Made by a program: the position numbers and the translations under genes. Positions 34,965-43,633 of a DNA stretch of 43,633 bases are shown here, one piece after another. This stretch comes from Peribolospora baueri (lineage: Eukaryota), in NCBI GenBank assembly GCA_029717555.1, contig JAMDHS010000072.1, forward strand, positions 62,001 through 105,633, given 5' to 3'. The notes beneath the pieces were generated by a model, which was given only the letters and a program-made list of their open reading frames with translations, made no database searches and had not been told where the DNA came from. The first letter of the stretch is position 1; every line of letters begins with the position of its first letter.

Positions 34965-36784
34965 ATGCCCGCCGCCGCCGTTCCTCCCGCGGCGCGCATC
35001 GCGCTCCTCACTCTCAACGATGGCCGGCGCGTTCCTCGGCTCGCGTTCGGCACGGGCACGGCTTTGGCTGGCGGGGACGCCCAGAGGGAGGTGGAGACGG
35101 CGATCGAGGTCGGGTTTAGGCATATCGGTGGGCGTCCGGCTCCCCGCGTCCCGCACTCTGGTCGTCGAGTCGATCGATGCAACGCGGCGAGCCGTGCTGA
35201 TACCGCCCGCCCACCTTCTCTTACATCTAACTAGACACCGCCGAGTCGTACGGCAACGAAGAATCGGTGGGCGCAGCGCTGGCCGCCTCCTTCGCCAGAG
35301 GTCTCAAGCGAGAGGACGTCTGGGTGACCACCAAGCTCAAGCAGGGGGCCAAGGACGTGAGGGCGGCGTTCGAGCAGAGCCTCAAGAAGGTGCGTCACCG
35401 CGGGTGGGTCGTGGAGACGCCGGGCCGGGCGTTTTGGGGGCACCGAGGCCACTGAATAGCTTAGCTTCTTGTCCTTGGGTTCTCGCAGCTCCGGCTCGAC
35501 TACGTCGACCTCTACCTGATTCATATGTGAGCGAGCCCCTCCTCGACCCAAGTAGAACTCGGTCGCGTCCTACATCCGCTTGTACACTCTAGCTTTGCCC
35601 CGCTCACCTTGGCCCACGCCCACGCCCACGCCCACGTTTACCCCGTCGACCTGATCTGTGTTATCTGCAGCCCGCCCACCGGGAAAGACGGGCAGCCGAC
35701 GCCGGGAGAGGCTTGGGAAGTGCTCGAGCGATTGAAGGACGAGGGTCTGGCGAAGTGAGCGGGCGTTCGCCGTCGCTGTAGCGTTCTGTCGCCGCTCTGC
35801 TGGTCCGTGCCCGTGGTATCTCGGGCGACTGACGGATAGTTTATCACCTTGGTTCCCTCCCTCCCTCCCTCGGTCTCTATTGCTTCGAATGCAAAGGTCG
35901 ATTGGTGTGTCCAATTATGCGTACGTCCGTCTTGGTTACCCTCTTCCGAGCGCTTCTTCAGTCCGTCTCGATTCAGACGAGACTGCGCTTCACATCTGAC
36001 AGTGCCGTCTCCTCGCCGCCCTTCACCCGTTTGCTTTCCTTTCCCACTTTCGCAGACCAGGTCACTTTGCACAGGACGGCTGGCTGGAGAAGGCACGATA
36101 CAAGCCGGTGGTGAACCAGATCGAGCATCACCCATATGTTGCGAAATTCGACGGGCCTCTGCTGGACCTGCAGAAGAAGGTGAGAGCGAGGGCGGAATTG
36201 TCTGCGTATCGTCGCTGTTATCACTCATTCCATCACTCGCTCATTCCATCACTCACTGTCCTGACACGTCAGTACAACATCCACGTCGAAGTCTACGCCC
36301 CGCTCGTGGCGCTCACCCGAGCGCGCAACCTGGGCGTCGAACCGGTAGTCTCTTCGATTGCGTCGGCGAAACGGGGCCGTACGGAAGGTTCGGTGCTGCT
36401 CAAGTGGGCGTACCAGCGTACGGGTGGCGTGGTGGTGACGACGAGCGGCAAGAGGGAGCGGCTGGAGGAGTACGTAAAGGCATTTAGCGATGGTCCCGGT
36501 CCGGACGGCGGCGGCGACGGAGGACCGGCGGACGTGTTGAGCGAGGAGGAGCTAAAGAGGATCGAGGAGGAGGGGACGAAAGGGGGGAAAGTGTATTTCA
36601 GAAAGTACTGGAAGGAGATGGTGAGCGTTGGGAGTGCCCCGTTTGAATCTTGTTCGTTCAGCGCTCCGACTGAGCGCCTTTCTGACACCTTCTCTCTTTA
36701 TCTTTTTCTATCGACTTTCTGACCCTTCCTTCCTTCCTTGCGCTCTTCTGTCTGTCCCTTTGCCAGATCGAGACCGCCTCGTAA
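34965..36784 (+). CDS. Aldo/keto reductase
   Basis: [29 protein letters not shown] (catalytic Asp/Tyr), [39 protein letters not shown]. Last exon IETAS*. Confidence 0.93.
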
Positions 36785-37837
36785 AGGCTTAGACAAACGA
36801 ATGTACGGCAGTAGAGCGTCCCGGAAGATGTTTTCATCGTCCTTGCGCATTTCCTTCTCTCTTATTTACCGGCGATCGAGACGCCAAGCTGGGTAGACAT
36901 TGGGTCGCTGCGACCGACGTGGAAAACATGAAATGAATGGATGCGAGGGCGAGTTTGGAGCGAGCTGGAGCAAGCACGTGGTGGGTCAGTGTAACTTGCC
37001 GCAGTCGTGTGCTGCCCGCCTGCCTGCCTGCGAGTCTTGTCCCGTCTCGTCTGTCTCGTCCTCTCGGCCGAAGGGGGGCGAAGAAAGTCCGGCGGCGGAG
37101 AGTAGGGTTACGCACAGACTACCGCTGGTTTTTGGTTTTCCGCGGCCGTTGGTGGTGGCGGCGGCCCAAAAAGGCGGACGATGGACGATGGGGATATGTG
37201 TGTGTGTTTGGCTCCGGCGTCATACTTTGGTAGACGTGAATGTGAATGGCATGGGCGTGATGATTTCTCACTCACGCATGAGCGGGGGCTGCCCTGATGG
37301 GCGCGACCGAGATCTGATCCGATCGTCGACGTCTGTCTGTCTGGCCTGTCGATGTAATGCATGTATTCGCCACCGCCTTTCCTTCCGTCCCGTCGGTGCC
37401 GCCGCCGACAGCCGTCAGTCAGTCAGTTTGGCCAGGCCAGTCCACTCCGTCGGCCCGTTAGTCCGTCGCCGGTCGTCCGTCGCAGTCGCTCGTCTCTCTC
37501 CTTCACCACCACCGTCTCCCTCCGACATCGCCGACCTCCCACTCATCCCACCCTTCCCGTTCTTTTCCCCCCGCCCGCTTGTCGTCCGCTCGCTGCAACG
37601 CATTCCCACTCCTGTCTTTGCTCGTCGTATTCGCACGCGTGAACTGCCTCCGCTCACGTCCTCCGAGGAAAAAAGAAAGGAACGAACGAACGAACGAACG
37701 AACGGACGGACGGACGGAAAGGAAGACAAGGGAAACTCTCCGTCGACGTCGATACCGTCCCACACGGCCCTTGCCCTACCTACCCTCTCGCCCCCACGCA
37801 AGCAAGCAAGCAAGGCCGCCTCGAGACGCTCGTAAAG

Positions 37838-40800
37838 ATGGCGATGGCAGACGTAGCCGTCCCGATCGCCCGTCGTTCCGCCCACTCCGCATCCTCCTCT
37901 TCCGCCGCCGCCGCCGCCGGTAGCCAGAGGAATCGCTCGTCCCCCGCCGCGCCTGGTAATGGTAATGGGCCTTCTGGGCCGCCTTATATTTGGTGAGTGG
38001 CCCCCCGTCTCTGTACCGTATCGTTGAACGAGCCGCGCTCCTTCGCCTTCGTGACCGCTGGCCAGCGCGAGACGGCTGGACTGAGCTGGACTGGGCTGGG
38101 CTGGACTGGGTGGAGATGGGACTCCTCGCACCTCTCTGACCCTACCTTGCCTCCCGATGTCGATCGCTTCCCAGCCCGACTTGCCAGACCGGTTATTCCA
38201 GGCTTGAATATCTGCGACGACACGAGCGAAGGCGTGAGTGCTCTTCGACCCTTCCTTCAAGTGAACCCCCCTCTTATCGTCCTTTCTCCGTCGCCCATGA
38301 TGCATGTAGATCAGGACATTCGTCCCTTCGTGTGCGAGTGCGGCAAGGGCTTCGCCAGAAGGTGAGCAGCTAAGCTCATCTGCGTCCCGCTCCCGGGAAC
38401 GAGTTGCGGTACCTGCTCACACTCTGTCCCCTTCTTCGCCTCCCTGCGGCCTCTCCAATCACCTTCCTCTCCCTAGCGACGTTCTCTCGAGGCACAAGCG
38501 ACAGTGTCGATCTCATCTCGCCAACGGATCCTCCAGCACCGCCGGCGCCGGTGACGAGCCCATCCCGGCTTCCAAGGCTTCGCGCAGTAAGGCCAACGCC
38601 CGCAAACCAGTCAGGCCGAGGAGGACAAAGCCGTTCTCCGGCTCGTCCCTTCAGTCGCAAGCGCGCGGGTACTCCCGGCCGGAGGTGGAGGATGTGGACA
38701 TGCCGCAAGATGATCGAGCGAGCGATAGCCCCGGCACGTCTTCCTCCAATTCCGTTCGAGGCGCTGAACGGTCCGGCGAAAGGATCAGACGGAGCTATAG
38801 CGCAAGCTCGGAGAGGGAGAGGATGAACGTCGATCTCCCTGGCTCGTGGATGTCCGCTTCCCGACCAGGCACGGCCATCACCGCGCAGGCCGGATACGCC
38901 TCGTCAGCGATGGACGAGGATCCCCAACGTCGGCCCAGCCCTACTCAAGTCACCGCGGCGGGCCTTTTGCAGAGTCTGGAGTCGATGGAGATCCCTTTGC
39001 CTCCGTCGTCCGGCTTCGAGCGTTCGGGGACCGTCGTGGACGTGCCGACCAGCTTTGCGTCTTCCTCTGGCTTCTTCGGCACCGCGCCCATGCCCGCCAC
39101 ACCAGCCGCCAACCCGGGTCTGCCTACCGTACCTTTGCCCGCTCCGTACTACTCCTCCTCCTCCTCTTCCTCTTCCGATCCTGGCTCTCCCGGTGCCTAC
39201 TTCGACCGCACTTATGGCAATCCATCCTCGTCGACCACCGTCTCGACCGAGCCGACCTCTGCCAGCAAGGACGGTGGTCCGACAGAAGTCGACCCGACCT
39301 CTTCAACAAACGCGCTGCCTAACAACAGCTCGGTCCCTTCGTACTTTGCCGCCGACTCGCCCCATTTCGCCCGTCTCTCCTCATCGGCCGCCAATGGTGC
39401 TGGTGCTTCCCCGGCGTCGATTTCCGAGGGTCAGCAACGCTGGCCGACGGCGTCGCAAATCTTCGGTTCCGATCTTTCCGGCCTTCCCTCCGTCTTGAGC
39501 GGCCGAGACTTGTCGGACGGTAAGGGGTTTGGAGGGCTGGAAGTGGAGGGCGAGCAGCGCTCCGGGCAGGACGTAGACGATGAGATCAAAGCCATCTTGG
39601 ACGGTGAAGGCGTGAGCTCCGCCACCGCTTTGCCCCCCACGTCGACTCTCGCGTCCGAGCACGCACAGCAGCAGCAGCAGCAGCAGCAGCAACACCCTTT
39701 CAAAGCTTACCGCTCTCAGGCCGATCTGGACGAGTCGACGACATCAACGTATTCTTTTAACCTACCCTCCTCCGCTCCCGCGACCTCCTCCTCTGCCGCA
39801 CCCGTCGGGGCGAATTCGTTGGCTTGGACGTCGACGGGGACCGTCGGCCACGGTCAGCAGCAAGCACAAACCTTCCAACGTCCGCCTTCTCCTAACGCCG
39901 AGGCCATCTTGCTTCGTGTCATGGGTGGCAGCCAGGAGATGCAGGCCGGCCTAGATCAGTTTAACGGCTTCCCCGGCGTGTGGGGGTTTGGGCCCGGTTG
40001 GACCAGCGCAAACCTCTTGGGCGCCAGCGGAGGCGCGGGGGAAAATGTTTTCGGCTCTGGCCCTTCGCCGTCGATGGCCGCGGGGCTGAGAACGGGCGCA
40101 GGTTCGGAAGGGCTGTGGAGTTCGATGGATCACCGTCTCGGCGCGGGCTCTGCTCCTGCTCCGCCGCCGGAGAGCTTTGGCGACGGTCCGATGGCACGGA
40201 ACGGAGCTTGGCCTCTTATTCGCCAGGCGGATGACGCTGCCTTTCGGATAGTTGGCGGTATTGAGGGTTCGGTGGATAAGGCTGGGAGGAGCGTTGGAGA
40301 TCCGTTTTAGTGAGTATTGTCGTTTCGTTCCCATCGATGTCTGAGCGATCGGCCTCGTTAGAAGAAGTCATCGCCGACCCGTCTTTCCCCTTCTTCTCTC
40401 GCTTCGCACAGCATTCCGCAACATCTCTTCCGCGCTTGCTACGCCGTCCCCCACTGGCGCTTGCCTCCCATCTGGCACCTCTCCAAACTGGCCACGCATA
40501 CGCACAACAACCTGCTCAAGCACCTCCCCATTCTTCACGAGCCCACCTTTCGCATCGATACCACGCCTCAGTGCCTCGCCTTTGCCATTTGCACCGTCGG
40601 AGAAGCCAGCAAGGGTCGGCTCTGGTGGGCCGGCATCGAAGTCTCCGGACGAGGAGGTGGTGGTGCAGGTGTTGCGGGTGGTGCGGGTGGCTGTGGTGGC
40701 GGTTGGAGGGCTGATCGATCGCCAGAACAGACGGCTACGATCAAGCCTTTGGACGAGGATGCTAAGCACGACGCGGACGAGCCGGTGCGGCCGATCGTGC

Positions 40801-42481
40801 GAAGAGAAGTGAGCAATTATTTCGTCCAATACCGATCGGGTGCCGCCGTTCATCGTTGACTCCGTCCATCCTCACCGCCTCCCGATGGGCGTCCAGAAAT
40901 CGGACATGCTCATCAAATCATTCGCCGGTCGATGCAAGAACATTGCCGACCGGAGCGCCGTCGTGCAGGCGCTGCTTTTGTTCAACAGCAATAGCTTTCT
41001 CAGTCGCGATGAAGGCGAGCGGACGATGGCGGCCATCATGCATGGAACGGTGGTTAATGTGAGTCTTTGTCCAGTCCATTGTCGCCTAGGTTGGCCTGCC
41101 AATCTTTCTGCCGCTGACGTCCGTGCGTCTGTCTTTGTCGTTCCATCCCCTCTAGATGGCCCGCCAAGCTCAATTTTTTAGGGCCTCGGCCGATCACGTT
41201 CGCCCGGAGACGGCGAACGGAGACCATGAAATCGAGTCGACGGCCATTTTCAACTGCGCAGACATGTACTATGCCGCCTCTTACCTGCCCACCCTGCTCT
41301 CTCAGGTCAGGGACGAGGAGGAGAAACGATGGCGTCGGTGGATCGAACTGGAGAGCCGCCGACGCACGGCTTTCCTCGTCTACGTCCTCGACACGGTCGC
41401 CAGTCTCGACACGAACATCCCCACCCTCTTGTCGCCCGAAGAACTAGAAGCGATCCCCTTGCCGGCGCCTGACCCGCTCTGGAAAGCGCCGACGGCCCAA
41501 GAGTGGGGCGAGGCAAAGGCTCGCCATCACACCATGACGCTCGGAGAGGCCATGACGTTCGTCTTCAGCACGGATCCCACGAAGCGTAGCGACCGCGTTT
41601 CCGCATCGTCCGACGAGTCGACCGCGTCGTCGCCAAACGTGCCGCTGGACGAGTTCGCCTGCGAATGTGGACCGTTCGCCAGGCTCGTCGTCGTCATCAC
41701 ACTGCTCCGCGGCATCCTCGACCTCATCGAGGCGCGCGCCTCGGGCGTCGGACGCACGTCCGTTGTGGAAAAGTGGATACGCGCCGCGCGCTTCGACGAA
41801 ACGAAGACGGACGTGGACACCGCTAGCCTGCTGTTCCCCTCGGACCCGATCTGCTACCGGTATAGGAAGGCGCTCGACCGGTGGCGCGCCAGCTGGGACT
41901 TTGACGTGCTCTGTCACGACGCCTCCGAGGCGTCCCTGCTCTCGGGTTCTGCATCTTGCTGCGGCTCGTCGTCCTCCTCGCCCGCACAGATGAGTGCCTC
42001 CGATGCCAAGTCGCCCGAGGGTGCCTCTGGAGGTGAAGGTACGAATGGGACGGCCGCCGCCGGCGGCGGTGGTGCGCGGCAAGACGGGGCTCCACCCGCC
42101 GGCGCGTCGAGAGCGGATGGGAATGCCAACGCGAACGGCACCGACAGGAAGCGGCGGAGCAAGGTCGGCCCCACGTTCACCGCGTCAGGAGCCATCCCGA
42201 TCGCCTACGACGCCCTCCCGTTCTGGTGGACCGCGTCGACGATGCTCAACGTCGCCTCGCCGCAAGCCCACGCCGCTCAGCGAGACACCCCCCTGGCCTC
42301 TGCCTTGACGCCTCCACTGGGTGGCTCCTGCCTCAACCTGAGCGCCAGCCTCGATTTTAATAATCGGAATCTCAACTTTAACAGCGCAGGGTGGCTTGCG
42401 CCCGGCGTCAAAGTGCCCGACCTGAGGGGCGTGCTCCGGCTCGCTAAACAGTTTGTCCGCGCCGGAGAGGGCACCCTTTGA
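37838..42481 (+). CDS. Zinc-finger transcription factor (C2H2 + C2HC fingers) with a fungal-specific TF domain
   Basis: Small exons 38175-38233 and 38310-38361 assemble YICPTCQTGYSRLEYLRRHERRHQDIRPFVCECGKGFARSDVLSRHKRQC. Later HLPILHEPTF and WRRWIELESRRRTAFLVYVLD...LPAPDPLWKA are typical of the fungal TF middle region. Confidence 0.88.
39666..39692 (+). repeat. Coding (CAG)8CAA polyglutamine tract
   Basis: Q9 in the disordered region of the transcription factor. Confidence 0.9.
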
Positions 42482-42986
42482 TAGGCTGTTTGCCTTTTTT
42501 TTTTCCTTGCTCCGACTTTACTCTTTTTTTGTCCGTCTGTCGCGCGGGTGTCATTGACGTTCGATCTTCGGTACATTCTATCCTTCCCTACATCGCCCCG
42601 CGTGCTTTGCCTCACCAGTCGTCACAGCTTTGCTATCGCGCCCCTCTCTCCTGTCCTCTCTAGTCTCCCACTGTGCTCTAGCCGTCCCCGTCCCGCCCGC
42701 CATTTCCCATCGCGCTCATCTCTCCGTCTCTCATATCTTTCATGTACTCTTATCCTCGCCTGAAAAGGCAAGACGAAATCCGTCGTCAAACGGACTGGAC
42801 GGCGCGGCGCGAGCTATGGACGGCATGGCATGTTCGTCGGCATGTTCGTCATTCCGCGAGCGCTTTTTGGAGTAAAGTCAGTGAATTGGAAAGGGGATGA
42901 TGGGGCTTCAACCGGGGGAATTTCCGGGCGTTGCGCACTAGCGAAATTCAAATACAGGAAGAGCTGCTCCGTCCGCTTCCTTCAGC

Positions 42987-43633
42987 TCAGACGGCCAACA
43001 AGTGCTTCACCTGGTCGTTGTACCTTCCTCCCTTGACGGTCATCTTGTCCAGGATCGCCCTGATCTCCTTGTTCTCCTCGTCCGACAGCCGGACATTGGC
43101 CGCCTCGACGTTCTCCGTCGTCCGCTGGGCGTTGGTGGAGCCGGGGATGGGGATAATCCGCTCGTCCTGCCGGAGGAGCCAGGCGAGACAGACCTGCGCG
43201 GGCGTGGGCTTGGTTGTGGCGGTGGACCGAGCGGCGAACTCTTGGATTGCGTCGACTAGTTTGAGGTTCTCTGCAAAGTTCTGGTTCGCCACCGTCATCG
43301 CATCGCATCGCATGCATCGTATCGAAATAAAAAAGGAAGGTATGGAACGCAACGGCTTGTCAAATTTCGGCACAGAAAAGAGAGAGGGAGGGGGGGCGAT
43401 CGAAACGAACAAAGCTCACCTCGGGCTGGAATCGGTCGAGGTGCTTGCGCCAGTCGCCGTCCTCGAGGTCGTCGGGGGACTTGTACTTTCCCGTCAAGAA
43501 GCCACGTCCCAAGGGGCTGTAGGCGATGATGGCGATGTCGAGCTCCTTGCACGTCTCGAGGCTGTGTGAGAGGCCGCGAGGCAGGGTCGCGCAAAGTTTT
43601 AAGCCTCGTCTTCATCCCAATTTCGCTTGTCAA
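42987..43633 (-). CDS. Aldo/keto reductase (pyridoxal reductase/YakC-like), 3' part; starts beyond the window
   Basis: ETCKELDIAIIAYSPLGRGFLTGKYKSPDDL...RFQPE spliced to NFAENLKLVD...TPAQVCLAWLL...IIPIPGST...ENVEAANVRLS...GGRY. Confidence 0.92.

Noticed and set aside
36900..38305. 311-aa (+) and 296-aa (-) ORFs upstream of the TF
   Set aside because: Promoter/UTR sequence with SSRs (GAAC, GCAA); no domains; the minus ORF overlaps real TF exons in antisense.
42940..43000. Cryptic peroxisomal PTS1 by stop read-through in the AKR
   Set aside because: The stop context is TGA-GCT, not TGA-CTA, and the extension ends ...SSCI rather than an SKL-like tripeptide.
1..43633. Prokaryotic operon, defence system, CRISPR array, rRNA/tRNA, intact transposase
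   Set aside because: Genes are interrupted by spliceosomal introns and none of these signatures was recognised by eye. tRNAscan-SE and Infernal were not run, so small ncRNAs could be missed.

Overview
Eukaryotic, intron-rich fungal DNA, read as a basidiomycete from the GT(G/A)AGT donors, ~100-150 nt introns, microexons and protein types; possibly a Tremellomycete-type yeast (inference). About 17 genes, exons spliced by eye: UFD2 3' end, a small orphan spliced ORF, OLA1/YchF, a hypothetical protein, VPS1, a 786-aa Ser-rich single-exon ORF, a Cys-rich/TM/SH3 membrane protein, deoxyribose-phosphate aldolase, a Zip3/RNF212-like RING protein, a secreted type-B carboxylesterase, eIF3L, a cupredoxin with a likely GPI tail, a stand-alone TFIIS-central-domain protein, two aldo-keto reductases and a zinc-finger fungal transcription factor. 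Non-genic highlights are a perfect 46-bp-arm inverted repeat built from a reiterated 9-mer (2148-2265) and an AT-rich LAGLIDADG fragment of probable mitochondrial origin (~11543-11747). OLA1 carries an in-frame 65-aa extension resembling a mitochondrial presequence behind a weak upstream AUG. No rRNA, tRNA, CRISPR or intact transposase was recognised. Family assignments come from motif recall, not database searches.
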